From assembly GCA_964465065.1 (NCBI GenBank), contig CAYXHZ010000006.1, positions 1,185 to 65,184 of the forward strand: DNA of 64,000 nucleotides. The letters are read 5' to 3'. Below the pieces are notes generated by a model. That model was given only the letters and a program-made list of their open reading frames with translations, was not told the DNA's origin and ran no database searches. The translations under genes were made by a program, and so were the position numbers. Shown here piece after piece: positions 1-9,355 of this stretch (positions are counted from its first letter, which is position 1; every line of letters starts with the position of its first letter). The DNA is from an uncultured Clostridia bacterium. GTDB lineage: Bacteria; Acidobacteriota; Aminicenantia; UBA2199.

Positions 1-63
1 CAGTTTTACCGCGCCGACCAGCAGCAACACGACGAAAACCAGTATAATGTCTTTCTTGCTCAT
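1..63 (-). CDS. Partial CDS (N-terminus only; continues off window): small hydrophobic protein beginning MSKKDIILVFVVLLLVGAVKL
   Basis: ATG at 63..61 on the minus strand. The A of this ATG is shared with the TGA stop (62..60) of the downstream 60..290 ORF (ATGA overlap). The translation is strongly hydrophobic. Likely a further member of the ECF/LiaF-TM operon. Confidence 0.3.
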   Translation of the reverse strand, partial: MSKKDIILVFVVLLLVGAVKL

Positions 64-290
64 CGATTGGCATCGTCCCGATCCGAATCCAGCGGCGCTT
101 GGGCTTCATGGCGCTTCTGCAGGTGCGGCCAGAGGTTCTTGAGACCGACCGCGATCAGAATCAGGGGCCAATAGGTCAGAAACAGATCCCCGATATCGAT
201 ATCGAAACCCAGATTGTTCATCAGAAAGATGGCACCGAGCACCAGGAATAACACACCCCAGAACAGGTTGCTCTGCTGTTGATTTTTCAT
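60..290 (-). CDS. Small membrane protein with a LiaF-N-terminal-TM-like (DUF5668-type) motif ...DLFLTYWPLILIAVGLKNLW
   Basis: 76-aa ORF with two predicted TM helices. The C-terminal motif D(I/L)xDLxxxWPLILIxxGLK recurs in the adjacent 292..759 protein. 1-nt gap to the upstream gene, consistent with an operon downstream of the ECF sigma/anti-sigma pair. Confidence 0.5.
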   Translation of the reverse strand: MKNQQQSNLFWGVLFLVLGAIFLMNNLGFDIDIGDLFLTYWPLILIAVGLKNLWPHLQKRHEAQAPLDSDRDDANR

Positions 291-291
291 G

Positions 292-759
292 TCAATGCTC
301 CTTATTTTTACTTTTGGTGGCCATTTTCAAACCCAAAAATATCAGAATCAAAGGCCATAGATCGACGATGTCGCTCAGATCCAGATCCCATACGTCCAGG
401 TTGCCAAGCTGCAGCACGATGCCGGCGACGATCAGAACCAGGGCCAGTCCCAGTGACGGCAGGGCGGAAGCGGGCTCGACGGCTGACTCCAGGGCGGAAG
501 CGGGCTGTGCCGCAAAGTCCCTGGCATCCTGGTAGGCGTCGAAAATCTGAAAGAAATAAAAGGCCGACATCAGCAGGGCGATGATGACGTGATGCTCCGC
601 CCGATCGGCATGCACCTGGGCGACGATCAGGGTGGCCATCAAGGCCATGTAGCTGAGCGCCTTGAGGGGATTGCGCAGGTAAAAGTGACCGGTGCCCATC
701 ACGATCGCCGACAGACTCGCCGCCAGCAGGGGATTTTTTCGGACAGTCGTTTCAGCCAT
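292..759 (-). CDS. Membrane protein with a C-terminal LiaF-TM-like motif (DLSDIVDLWPLILIFLGLK) and an internal short repeat (ASALESAVEPASALPS)
   Basis: 155-aa ORF with an N-terminal TM region and the same C-terminal motif as the 60..290 protein. It overlaps the anti-sigma stop by 8 nt, suggesting translational coupling. Confidence 0.5.
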   Translation of the reverse strand: MAETTVRKNPLLAASLSAIVMGTGHFYLRNPLKALSYMALMATLIVAQVHADRAEHHVIIALLMSAFYFFQIFDAYQDARDFAAQPASALESAVEPASALPSLGLALVLIVAGIVLQLGNLDVWDLDLSDIVDLWPLILIFLGLKMATKSKNKEH

Positions 760-1255
760 TGTTCGTTCGCTCCTCCAGGCTGCCGGCAGGCGGCCGGGAT
801 TCGTTGCCGATGAAGGAAATCGGCATCGTTCTGACTTCCTGATCTTTCTGGAAACGGAAGAACAGGGCCTCGGTCTCGACGGCGATGCGTTCGATCCCTG
901 AAACCAGACCGTGCAGAGTGCGGTTGGCCTGGGGGAAGATATTGGTGAAATAGAAGAGGTTGAAAAACAGGATCATGGTGGCGATCATAGCCGCCGCCCA
1001 CTTCATGTACAGAGCCGGGTGTTCGTCCTCTTCGACGCTGTAGGCTTCCGGGATGTAATAGAGGCGGTTGCGCAGGAAAAACGGTACCTCCTCCTCGAGT
1101 TGGGAGCTGCCGGACAGAATCGAGACCAGATCTTCGTGCAGACAGCGGCACTGCGGACAAAGCTCGATGTGCGCGGCCATCTGGCGACCCGTGTTGTCGT
1201 CGAGCGTACCTTCGATATAATCGGACAGCAGTTCTTCGAAGCTACTGCATTCCAT
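752..1255 (-). CDS. Anti-sigma factor, zinc-finger (ZAS-type HxxxCxxC: AAHIELCPQCRC) with one TM segment
   Basis: The ORF in the track starts at 1348, but the internal ATG at 1255 (MECSSFEELLSDYIEGTLDD...) gives a typical ZAS N-terminus. It overlaps the ECF sigma stop by 14 nt. The hydrophobic stretch AAMIATMILFFNLFYF is the TM helix. Confidence 0.65.
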   Translation of the reverse strand: MECSSFEELLSDYIEGTLDDNTGRQMAAHIELCPQCRCLHEDLVSILSGSSQLEEEVPFFLRNRLYYIPEAYSVEEDEHPALYMKWAAAMIATMILFFNLFYFTNIFPQANRTLHGLVSGIERIAVETEALFFRFQKDQEVRTMPISFIGNESRPPAGSLEERTNNG

Positions 1256-1793
1256 GGCTACCTCCCTGCTGGCGGTAGAGCTGCGCCAGCCGGATGCGCG
1301 CCCGGTTGATCCGGGACTTGACCGTGCCGATGGGCAGGTCCAGGACATCGGATATCTCCTGATAGGATTTATCCTGGATATCCCTCATGATCAACAGCAG
1401 CCGCAAGTCCGGATTGATCCGGTTGATCAGGCCGCGGATGAAGACCGCCTCGTTGCTCCGGGTGGAGCAGTCTTCCGGACTGTCGTGGTCGACGGCCATG
1501 TTCTCTTCCAGTTCGCTCTGGTTGCGGCTGCGCTTGGTCTTGCGCCAGTAATCGATGCAGGTGTTGCGGGCCAGACGCATCAGCCAGGCGCCGAAATTGT
1601 ACTCGTCCTGGTACTTGTCGAGCTGGGTGTAGAGTTTGAGAAAGATATCCTGGGTGATGTCGGCCGCCTCGTCACCGGAGCCGCTGAAGTTGAGGGCTAT
1701 GTTGTAAACGCTCTTCGAGTAGCGATTGATCAGCATGTTCCAAGCCTCTTGCTGCCCGGTTTTAATCCGGGCTATCAGTTCGGTGATTTCCAT
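1242..1793 (-). CDS. ECF (sigma-70 family, RpoE/sigmaW-like) RNA polymerase sigma factor
   Basis: 183 aa. Region 2 (ITQDIFLKLYTQLDKY...FGAWLMRLARN) and region 4 (SYQEISDVLDLPIGTVKSRINRARIRL) motifs are present. It is immediately followed by the ZAS anti-sigma gene. Confidence 0.85.
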   Translation of the reverse strand: MEITELIARIKTGQQEAWNMLINRYSKSVYNIALNFSGSGDEAADITQDIFLKLYTQLDKYQDEYNFGAWLMRLARNTCIDYWRKTKRSRNQSELEENMAVDHDSPEDCSTRSNEAVFIRGLINRINPDLRLLLIMRDIQDKSYQEISDVLDLPIGTVKSRINRARIRLAQLYRQQGGSHGMQ

Positions 1794-1802
1794 TCTGTTT
1801 TG

Positions 1803-1831
1803 ATAAACGTCCCGGGGAACCGAAAAGTTCC
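1803..1831 (-). promoter_or_regulatory. Candidate autoregulatory ECF-type promoter GGAAC-N17-CGTTTA upstream of the ECF sigma gene
   Basis: Minus-strand reading: tGGAACttttcggttccccgggaCGTTTAtcaaaacagaATG. The GGAAC sits inside a palindrome (GGAAC-N6-GTTCC). The -10 would lie close to the ATG, implying a short or leaderless transcript. Confidence 0.3.
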
Positions 1832-1904
1832 ACAGAATCAGATGTACATACTATTTCACGAAAAATCAATCGTTTCCGCCGGATCCTGAAAAATTCACCC
1901 CGGT

Positions 1905-4220
1905 TCAGGTACGGATTCGGACCATCAGGACGATGGAAACGGCGGTGAACAGCAGGTAGGGCAAGACGCTGGCCAGCAGGGGGGGCAACAGGCCGTTGCT
2001 GCCGAACGAGTTGAGAAAGGCCATCATGCCCATGAAAACCATGGAAATGATGACCGCTGCGCCGATACCGTGCATCGAGCCTTTACGGCCCATCAGGAAG
2101 GCGAACGGAATGGCGATCAGTACCATGACCAGACAGGAGAAGGGGTACAGCCGTTTCTGGTAGATCTTGGCCTGAAAGCGGGTCGGGTCGCTGTCGTTGG
2201 CCTTCAGGTAGCGCACGTAGTCGCCGAGTTGGTCGATGTTCATGAATTCGCTCGAGCTGTCGGAGGTTTTGATCTTTTTAAAGAAAGAATCACCGCCGGG
2301 GACAAGCAGTTCATACCGGGTAAACTGACGGGAGTCCACCGGTTGCGAGTCGCGAAACCGGCGCTCGGTCCCGTCGTGCAGCACCAGGGTCCGCTCGTCC
2401 TTCCAGCTTGCCGAATCGGCCGTGAGTCGGGCCTTGATCACGAAGCCGTCTTCGAGCTGGATCAGGTTGAAGTGCCGGAATTGCTGCGTTTTCTCGTTGT
2501 AACGGTCGTAAAAAAAGATCCGCCGCTGCTCGTCGACAGCCCAGTATTTCTGCACATCCTCCTGGTAGGCGGCGTTGCGGTTGCGGGCCAGGATCACGTC
2601 CAGCACTTCCTGGGCCTTACGGCTGGCCTGCGGCAGGACCTGTTCCTGCAAGCCGAAAAACAACAGGCTGACGATCAGCCCGAAACCCAGGGCCGGCAGC
2701 AGGATGCGGTGCAGGCTGATGCCGCTGACCTGAATGGTGATGATCTCGTTCTGCTTGCTCATCAGCGAAAAGGACAGCAACACGGCCGTCAGCACGGCGA
2801 TCGGCAGGGTGATGCCGACCAGTTCGGGAGTGTGGTAATAAATGTATTCGAAAACCAGGGAAAAAGGCAGGCCGTTGTTGAGGATGTTGTCGATCAGTTC
2901 CAGGATCTTGGACAGGTACATGATGGCCATCAGCGACAGAAAAATCAAGGAAAAGGTGAAAACCAGCCGGCGCAGGATGTAGGCGTCCAGGATCCGGATC
3001 AGGCCGAGACGGAGACGAGCCGGGTAGTAGCGGACCAGAACCAGGGGCTTGAAAGACTGCGGGGTCAGCCTGTTGCGCAGACGGCCCAGTCCGGCCCCCA
3101 GCCGACGCAGGGAATCCAGACGCAGAGCGGCCCCGCGGCTGGTCACCCGGAAGGCCAACAGCCCGACCAGCAGCAGGAATATGTTGGCGCCCCAGATACC
3201 GGCGAACGGCGGAATGGTTTTAGCGATGGCCAGGTTACGACCCAGGGTTATCAGGGTGTAGTAGATGAAGATCAGGGCCAGCGACAGCACGAAGCCGCTG
3301 GTCCGACCGCCCCGTCTGGTGCTGATGCCCAGCGAGACGCCCAAAAAGCCCAGAACCAGGGCGGCGAAGGGGAAGGCGAAACGGTTGTGGAGATCGATAG
3401 CCAGACGGACATTGCCCGGGTCGGCGGCTAACAGTTTCCAGACTTCTTGAACCGGCATGTGCTCCGGCCGCTTATAGACGTCCCCGCTCTGGTCCTCGGA
3501 GATGTCTTCGATCAACAGCTTGTAGCTGCTCAGTTCGTAGCTGTCCTCGGGTTTGGTGCGGTTGAAACGGTGCACCTTGGCCTGCTGCAGGGTGATATAG
3601 CCCGAACGCCGGTTCTCCGAAGTGTAGGTGAAACGCCCGCGCTCGGCCAGGACCACCAGGTCGCTCTCCACCTGTTTGGTCGAATAGAGGAAGACGTTCC
3701 TCATTTCCTTGGTCTTGGGGTCGATATCCTCGAAGAACAGGGTGTAGGAAGGAATCTCGCCGTAAAAACTGCGCGGCTTGACCTGGCTGATGGCCCGCGA
3801 CAGGAAGACCTTGGATTTCAGACGCAGGAACTGGTACTGCGCCTGCGGCGCCAGGTACATGCTCAGCAGACTGGAAAAGACCCAGGTCAGCAGCGAAAAG
3901 AGCAGAACGGGTTTGTAGAGCCGGTGGTGATGAACGCCCAGCGTCCGCAACGCCAGAACTTCCGAGTCGCTGCTCATGCGGCTCAGTCCGGCCAGAATGC
4001 CCATCAGGGTGGCCATAGGAATGGTCAGCGACAGAATGGTGGGCATGATGAACAGCAGCATGCGCGCCACGGTCAGCGGCGGCGCCCCTTTGGAAATCAG
4101 CAGGTCGGAAAGCAGGAAAAAGGTGTTGACCAGCATGGTGAAGCTGTATACCGTCAGCCCGATGAAGAACGGGCTCGATATTTCGCGCAGAACGTAGTTG
4201 TCGAAACGCTTGAGCGGCAC
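1905..4220 (-). CDS. lptFG: Fused LptF-LptG (two tandem YjgP/YjgQ permease domains) LPS export ABC transporter permease
   Basis: 771 aa. The N-terminal half starts MPLKRFDNYVLREI... (LptF/G-like DRYI-type start). A second YjgP/YjgQ-like unit begins around ...ILDAYILRRLVFTFSLIFLSLMAIMYL at about residue 400. Each half has the usual TM pattern and a large periplasmic insert. Confidence 0.75.
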   Translation of the reverse strand: MPLKRFDNYVLREISSPFFIGLTVYSFTMLVNTFFLLSDLLISKGAPPLTVARMLLFIMPTILSLTIPMATLMGILAGLSRMSSDSEVLALRTLGVHHHRLYKPVLLFSLLTWVFSSLLSMYLAPQAQYQFLRLKSKVFLSRAISQVKPRSFYGEIPSYTLFFEDIDPKTKEMRNVFLYSTKQVESDLVVLAERGRFTYTSENRRSGYITLQQAKVHRFNRTKPEDSYELSSYKLLIEDISEDQSGDVYKRPEHMPVQEVWKLLAADPGNVRLAIDLHNRFAFPFAALVLGFLGVSLGISTRRGGRTSGFVLSLALIFIYYTLITLGRNLAIAKTIPPFAGIWGANIFLLLVGLLAFRVTSRGAALRLDSLRRLGAGLGRLRNRLTPQSFKPLVLVRYYPARLRLGLIRILDAYILRRLVFTFSLIFLSLMAIMYLSKILELIDNILNNGLPFSLVFEYIYYHTPELVGITLPIAVLTAVLLSFSLMSKQNEIITIQVSGISLHRILLPALGFGLIVSLLFFGLQEQVLPQASRKAQEVLDVILARNRNAAYQEDVQKYWAVDEQRRIFFYDRYNEKTQQFRHFNLIQLEDGFVIKARLTADSASWKDERTLVLHDGTERRFRDSQPVDSRQFTRYELLVPGGDSFFKKIKTSDSSSEFMNIDQLGDYVRYLKANDSDPTRFQAKIYQKRLYPFSCLVMVLIAIPFAFLMGRKGSMHGIGAAVIISMVFMGMMAFLNSFGSNGLLPPLLASVLPYLLFTAVSIVLMVRIRT

Positions 4221-4336
4221 GGTTCACCTTTTTTGCGATACCTGCAGGCATGTCCGCCCAACGGCGCGCCTGACAGATTATCCGTCATATTATAGGCCAG
4301 CCGGACCAAAAAGCAAGTCTGACCTGTCTCGGCAAA

Positions 4337-4365
4337 GACGGTCCGGTTTGCTTTTTCTGTACAAA
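4337..4365 (+). promoter_or_regulatory. Sigma70-like promoter candidate TTGCTT-N17-TATAAT upstream of nusA
   Basis: Sequence ttgctt(4337-4342)-17 nt-tataat(4360-4365), about 38 nt upstream of the nusA ATG. Confidence 0.35.
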
Positions 4366-4403
4366 TTCTTTATAATAAGCAACCAAAGCAATGAGGAACA
4401 AGT

Positions 4404-5465
4404 ATGGCAGCCGATTTATTGGACAGCATCAAGCAACTGAGCCGAGAGCGGGGTATCTCGCCCGAAATTTTCTATTCCGCCATACAGGAAGCGCTGCTCA
4501 CCGTAGCCAGCAAGTATTTTAACTCCAATTCCGACATCCAGGTCGATATCGACGAAGAGCAAGGCAAGATCGAAGTCTTCGTCAGCAAGCTCGTGGTCAA
4601 GGATGTGCGCGACCCCGACCGGGAAATCTCCTGGAAAGAGGCCTTAAAATTCGACAGCAAGGCGCAGGAAGGCCAGGAGATCAAGATCTACCTGCCCGGA
4701 GAAACCCTGGGGCGCATCGCCGCCCAGGCCGCCAAGCAGATCATTCTGAGCAAGGTGCAGCGCGCCGAGCAGAAGAAGATTTACGATCAGTATCTGCCGT
4801 TGCGGGGCACGCTGCAAACCGGCGAAGTCCGCCGCATCGAGAACCAGAACGTCATCATCGGCCTGGAAACGGGCGAAGCCGTCCTGCCCATCAAGGAACT
4901 GTCCCCCAAAGACCAGTTCAAGCGGGGGGACATCATCCGCTTCTTCATCAAGCGGGTCTTCCCCGAAGGCAAAGGGCCGCTCATCCTGGGCACCCGCTAC
5001 ATGAACGATTTCGTCCTGGAACTGATCAAGAAGGAAGTCCCGGAAGTGGCCGACGGGATCGTGAAAATCGCCGCCATCGCCCGTGAACCCGGCACCAAGA
5101 CCAAGGTCGCGGTGTATTCGACCGAAAAGATGGTCGATCCGGTCGGCGCCATCGTCGGCATGAACGGCAACCGGGTGCTGTCGATCACCAAGGAACTCCG
5201 CGGCGAACGCATCGACGTCATCGCCTGGAGTCAGTCCCCGGAACGGTTCATCGCCTCGGCGCTGACTCCGGCGGAAGTGGTCAAGGTGGCCATACTGGAC
5301 GAAGAAGGCCACCGGGCCGAAGTCACCGTGACCGAGGAATCCCTGTCGGCCGCCATCGGCAAGCAGGGCATCAACATCCGCCTGGCCTCCAAGCTGACCC
5401 AATGGAACATTCAGCTGACCAACCGCCTGGCCCCGCGCGATGAACGTCCCACCAAAAAGCTCTGA
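4404..5465 (+). CDS. nusA: Transcription termination/antitermination factor NusA
   Basis: 353 aa with an N-terminal NusA domain, then S1 and KH regions (..GEVRRIENQNVIIGL.., ..KVAVYS.., GMNGNRV..). Followed by infB in the canonical order. Confidence 0.9.
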   Translation: MAADLLDSIKQLSRERGISPEIFYSAIQEALLTVASKYFNSNSDIQVDIDEEQGKIEVFVSKLVVKDVRDPDREISWKEALKFDSKAQEGQEIKIYLPGETLGRIAAQAAKQIILSKVQRAEQKKIYDQYLPLRGTLQTGEVRRIENQNVIIGLETGEAVLPIKELSPKDQFKRGDIIRFFIKRVFPEGKGPLILGTRYMNDFVLELIKKEVPEVADGIVKIAAIAREPGTKTKVAVYSTEKMVDPVGAIVGMNGNRVLSITKELRGERIDVIAWSQSPERFIASALTPAEVVKVAILDEEGHRAEVTVTEESLSAAIGKQGINIRLASKLTQWNIQLTNRLAPRDERPTKKL

Positions 5466-5484
5466 TTTCTAAGGAGATCACTAT

Positions 5485-8064
5485 ATGCAGAATATCAAAC
5501 TCCACGAAGCGACGAAGCAATTCGGCATCAACAACAAGGTGGCCATGTTCTTCCTCGAAAAGAACGGGGTTCCCGTCAAATCCCATTCTTCGAGTATCAG
5601 CATGGATCAGCTTGAGATGCTTCGTGAGTTTGCCCAGGATGCGGACAGCGTCGCGCAACTGACCGTCGAGTTCAAGGCAGCCGAAAAAGCGGCCGCCCAG
5701 CCGGTCAAGGAAACGCTTCCTGAGCCCGAGATCGACACCGGCGAGATGCCGGCCGAGCCGACGGGCATTCAGCCCGTCCAGGTTCCGATCCAAGCCCCGG
5801 CGCAGCCTGCCGCTCCGTTGCAGGAACCTACCCCGCCGCCGGTCCGCGAAACGCCCGAGCCAGCGGCCAAAGCCGAGCCCGTCGTCGTGCCGCCGCCCAA
5901 AACGGAAAGCGAGCCCGAGCCTGTTTTGGTCCCGAAAAAGACCGCCGAAGAGCATGCCCTGCCGAAAGGCAAGACCGAGACGCCCGCTCCGGCGGCTCCA
6001 GCGGAAAAAGACCACCGTCACAAAGACATCCCCATAGAGAAGAAAGCACCGGCCCCCGCCAAGCGGCCGGCCGTCACCCCCCGCACCCCCATGCAGATCG
6101 AGGTCCCGGGAGTCGACGCCGTCGAGCCCGCCGAACATCCGGTCAGCCGTCAGGGCGCCCCGCTCCCCGAAGGCCAGAGACGGGAAAAAATATTCCGCCG
6201 CCAGCCGGGTCAGGCCCCTCATGGCGGAATGCGCACCCAGGGCCGGAAACCGGGCCGGGGAAAGCGGGTGAAAATCACGGTACAACCCAAGATCATGGAG
6301 TTCGATTTGCCGGATAAAATTCAATTGCCCGATTACGTGACCCTCAAAGAGATCGCCGAAAAACTCGACGTCAAGATGAAATACGTGGAAGAGAAGCTGG
6401 CCCACGAAAAGCGGGACTACCCCGCCAATCAGGTCCTCAAGAAGGCCGACATACTGGATGTGTGCGAGCTGTTGGGCGTCGAGGTCGAGGTCCTCAGCTA
6501 CGAGGATTACCAGTTCGTCAACAACATCCGGACCCGGAAGGCCGAGCTCAAATCCCGACCGCCGGTCATCACGGTCATGGGCCATGTCGACCACGGCAAG
6601 ACCACCCTGCTGGACACCCTGCGTAAAACCCGGGTCGCCGAGAGCGAGGCCGGGGGCATCACCCAGTCCATCGGCGCCTACGAGCTGAAAAACGAGAAGG
6701 GACGATTCATCTTCATCGACACCCCGGGCCACGAGGCCTTCACCAACCTGAGAGCGCGCGGCGCCAAAGTCACCGATCTGGTCATCCTGGTGGTGGCCGC
6801 CAACGACGGCGTGCAGCCGCAGACCGTCGAGGCCATCAACCATGCCCGTTCCGCCGGCGTGCCGATGATCATCGCCATCAACAAGATCGATCTGCCCGGC
6901 GCCGACACGATGAAGGTCAAACAGGCCCTGACCAAACACGATATCGTCGTGGAGGACTGGGGCGGCGACGTCGTCTCGGTCGAGATCTCCGCCAAACACA
7001 ACAAGAACATCGACGCCCTGCTGGAGATGATCTCGCTGGTGGCGGAAATGCAGGAGCTCAAGAGCTATTTCGACATCCCGGCCCGCGGCACGGTCATCGA
7101 GTCCCGGCTGGATCCCAAACTCGGCCCGCTGGGCACCGTGCTCATCCAGCACGGTCGGCTGAAGCGCGGCGATCATTTCATCTGCGGCAACTCGGTCGGC
7201 AAGGTGAAATCCATCTTCGACGACCGCGGCAAACTGCTCAACGAAGGCGAAACCCCGCAACCGGTCGAAATCATGGGCTTCGACAACGTACCCCAATCCG
7301 GTGACCGCTTCCAGGTCGTCGACGACCCGGAACGGGCCAAAAAGGTCATCGGGCTGCGCATCCTCTGGGGCAAAGAGCAGCGGGACGAAGAGGTCGACGC
7401 CGACAAGAAGCTGAACCTGCAGAATCTGTTCGACCGGCTCGAGGGCGAAGTCAGCGATGTCAAAGAAATCCCCATCCTGATCAAGTCCGACAATTTCGGC
7501 TCCAGCGAAGTGCTCGAGGAGATCCTGCGCAAACAGGAACAGGAAAAGGTCAAGATCAACATCATACACAAAGGCATCGGCAACATTTCCGAGAGCGACG
7601 TACTGCTGGCCTCGACCGCCAAGGCCATGATCCTGGGCTTCAACGTCAAGGCCCCCCAGAAAGCCCTGGTCCTGGCCAAACGGGACGGTATCGATATCCG
7701 CCTCTACAACGTGATCTACCACCTGATCGAAGACATGCAGAAGGCCATCAAGGGCCAGATCGAACCGGTCTATTCGGAAACCCTGATCGGCAAGGTCGAG
7801 GTGCTCAACCTGTTCAAGATTTCCAAGATCGGCATCGTCGCCGGTTGCCGGGTCAAGGAAGGCAAGATCACCAACAAGTCCCGCGTCAAGGTGTTGCGCA
7901 ACAACGAACTGGCCTTCGAAGGCAGCCTGGAAACCCTCAAACGCATCAAGGACGAAGTCTCCGAGGTCAAGGCCGGCACCGAATGCGGCATCAAGATCAA
8001 AAATTACAACGCCATCGAAGTCGGCGACCTGATCGAGGCCTATGAACTGACCCTGGTATCATGA
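5485..8064 (+). CDS. infB: Translation initiation factor IF-2
   Basis: 859 aa. Pro/Ala-rich N-terminal region, then the GTPase G-domain ([28 protein letters not shown]). Confidence 0.95.
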   Translation: MQNIKLHEATKQFGINNKVAMFFLEKNGVPVKSHSSSISMDQLEMLREFAQDADSVAQLTVEFKAAEKAAAQPVKETLPEPEIDTGEMPAEPTGIQPVQVPIQAPAQPAAPLQEPTPPPVRETPEPAAKAEPVVVPPPKTESEPEPVLVPKKTAEEHALPKGKTETPAPAAPAEKDHRHKDIPIEKKAPAPAKRPAVTPRTPMQIEVPGVDAVEPAEHPVSRQGAPLPEGQRREKIFRRQPGQAPHGGMRTQGRKPGRGKRVKITVQPKIMEFDLPDKIQLPDYVTLKEIAEKLDVKMKYVEEKLAHEKRDYPANQVLKKADILDVCELLGVEVEVLSYEDYQFVNNIRTRKAELKSRPPVITVMGHVDHGKTTLLDTLRKTRVAESEAGGITQSIGAYELKNEKGRFIFIDTPGHEAFTNLRARGAKVTDLVILVVAANDGVQPQTVEAINHARSAGVPMIIAINKIDLPGADTMKVKQALTKHDIVVEDWGGDVVSVEISAKHNKNIDALLEMISLVAEMQELKSYFDIPARGTVIESRLDPKLGPLGTVLIQHGRLKRGDHFICGNSVGKVKSIFDDRGKLLNEGETPQPVEIMGFDNVPQSGDRFQVVDDPERAKKVIGLRILWGKEQRDEEVDADKKLNLQNLFDRLEGEVSDVKEIPILIKSDNFGSSEVLEEILRKQEQEKVKINIIHKGIGNISESDVLLASTAKAMILGFNVKAPQKALVLAKRDGIDIRLYNVIYHLIEDMQKAIKGQIEPVYSETLIGKVEVLNLFKISKIGIVAGCRVKEGKITNKSRVKVLRNNELAFEGSLETLKRIKDEVSEVKAGTECGIKIKNYNAIEVGDLIEAYELTLVS

Positions 8065-8357
8065 CCGTCGGTTTGCTGGTGATGGACATGATCATCGAGG
8101 AAGCGACCAGTCTCAAGGACAAGCGCATGGTGCTCAGCAGCCTCAAGGACCGGGTAGGCAGACAATTCAACGTGTCCCTCATCGAAAGCGCGCACCAAGA
8201 CCTGTGGCGCAACGCCGAACTGTCCTTCGCCGTGCTCGCCATCAGCCATCGCCAAGCCGAACAGCAACTGGACAGCATCGAACGCTTCATCTTCGATTCG
8301 TACCCGGGCCGGCACAGCGGCAGCCATCGTCAATACTTCGACGGCCTGGAAAAGTGA
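8061..8357 (+). CDS. DUF503 (YlxP-like) protein
   Basis: 98 aa. SLKDKRMVLSSLKDRVGRQFNVSLIESAHQDLW matches the DUF503 signature (SLKEKR..S...R....FNVS.AE...DLW). ATGA overlap with the infB stop. Confidence 0.75.
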   Translation: MTVGLLVMDMIIEEATSLKDKRMVLSSLKDRVGRQFNVSLIESAHQDLWRNAELSFAVLAISHRQAEQQLDSIERFIFDSYPGRHSGSHRQYFDGLEK

Positions 8358-9355
8358 TCGACTACGACCCGTTCCACGAATTGACCGACGCCGACCAGAA
8401 GATCCTTTCCCGGATCTGCGACGCCATCAGACAGGCTGAAAAAATCGCCATCAGCGCCCATATCCGCCCGGACGGGGACGCCATCGGCAGCGGACTGGCG
8501 CTGCTGGAAATGCTGCGCCAGATGGGCAAGGAAGTCCATTTCTGCAATGCCGACCAGGCCCCGTTCCCCCTGTCCCGCCTGCCGTATTACGAAACCATCG
8601 AACAGCGCCAGGTCTACCCGGAGCAGTTCGATCTGCTGATCCTGCTGGAAGGCGCGAACAGCTGCCGTTGCGGCCAGGACGGACTGGACCGCTATTTCAC
8701 CATCAACATCGACCACCATGCCAGCAGCGCTCGGGACGCCACTCTGAACTGGGTGGACGCCCATGCCGCCGCCGTCGCCGAGCTGATCTACCTGCTGGGT
8801 CGACGTCTGCCGATCCGGATGACCGAGAGTATGGGCTTCAACCTGTACGCGGCCGTCATCGCCGACACCGGTTCGTTCAAATATTCCAACACCACGGCCC
8901 GCACCCTGTTCATCGCCGCCGATCTGGTCCGACGCTGCGGCTTCGATCCGGCCACGGTCAGCGATCTGATTTTCAACTCCAACCCGCCGGAAAAAATCCG
9001 CATGCTGCAGAGAGTCCTGTCCACCCTGCAAATTCACCAAAACGGCGAAGTGGCCGTCATCCACTACCGGAGCGATTTCATGGAAAATCTGCAGCTCAAG
9101 GATGTCGACACCGAGGATGTCGTGGCCATTGTCCGCTCGATTCTGGGCGTGAACATGACCCTGTTCTTCAAGGAAGTCGAGCCCGAACGCTTCCGGGTAT
9201 CCATCCGCTCCCGGGGCCAGGCCAACGCCCAGCTGATCGCCTCCCGGTTCGGCGGCGGCGGACACCAGCATGCCGCCGGCTACAACCACGATGGACCGCT
9301 GGAATCCGGAATCCAGGCCGCGCTGCAGGTCATCGCCCAGCACCTGAAGGCATGA
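8354..9355 (+). CDS. nrnA: DHH/DHHA1 phosphoesterase, NrnA-like bifunctional oligoribonuclease/pAp phosphatase
   Basis: The track ORF is extended upstream to 8204 in junk sequence; GTG at 8354 overlaps the DUF503 stop (GTGA). DHH motifs are present (HIRPDGDAIGS, ..NIDHH..) and there is a C-terminal DHHA1-like GGGH. Confidence 0.75.
   Translation: MIDYDPFHELTDADQKILSRICDAIRQAEKIAISAHIRPDGDAIGSGLALLEMLRQMGKEVHFCNADQAPFPLSRLPYYETIEQRQVYPEQFDLLILLEGANSCRCGQDGLDRYFTINIDHHASSARDATLNWVDAHAAAVAELIYLLGRRLPIRMTESMGFNLYAAVIADTGSFKYSNTTARTLFIAADLVRRCGFDPATVSDLIFNSNPPEKIRMLQRVLSTLQIHQNGEVAVIHYRSDFMENLQLKDVDTEDVVAIVRSILGVNMTLFFKEVEPERFRVSIRSRGQANAQLIASRFGGGGHQHAAGYNHDGPLESGIQAALQVIAQHLKA

Noticed and set aside
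447-507. Possible CRISPR-like direct repeat
   Set aside because: Only two 17-bp copies, located inside a coding region, with no repeat-spacer periodicity. No CRISPR arrays or cas genes were seen anywhere in the window.
5371-7722. 783-aa minus-strand ORF antisense to infB; similar long antisense ORFs at 2070..3431, 36457..38730, 53066..55102, 55108..57756 and 58415..60250
   Set aside because: Each lies opposite a gene with clear conserved motifs (IF-2, LptFG, M13 peptidase, GlmM/CdaR, CdaA/FtsH, ComEC). Each has a D/G/V/A/R-rich, low-complexity translation and no start-site context.
8040-8360. Expected rbfA between infB and truB
   Set aside because: No frame in this interval gives an RbfA-like protein. 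The space is fully occupied by the DUF503 gene and the start of the DHH phosphoesterase gene, so this is reported as an absence rather than a feature.
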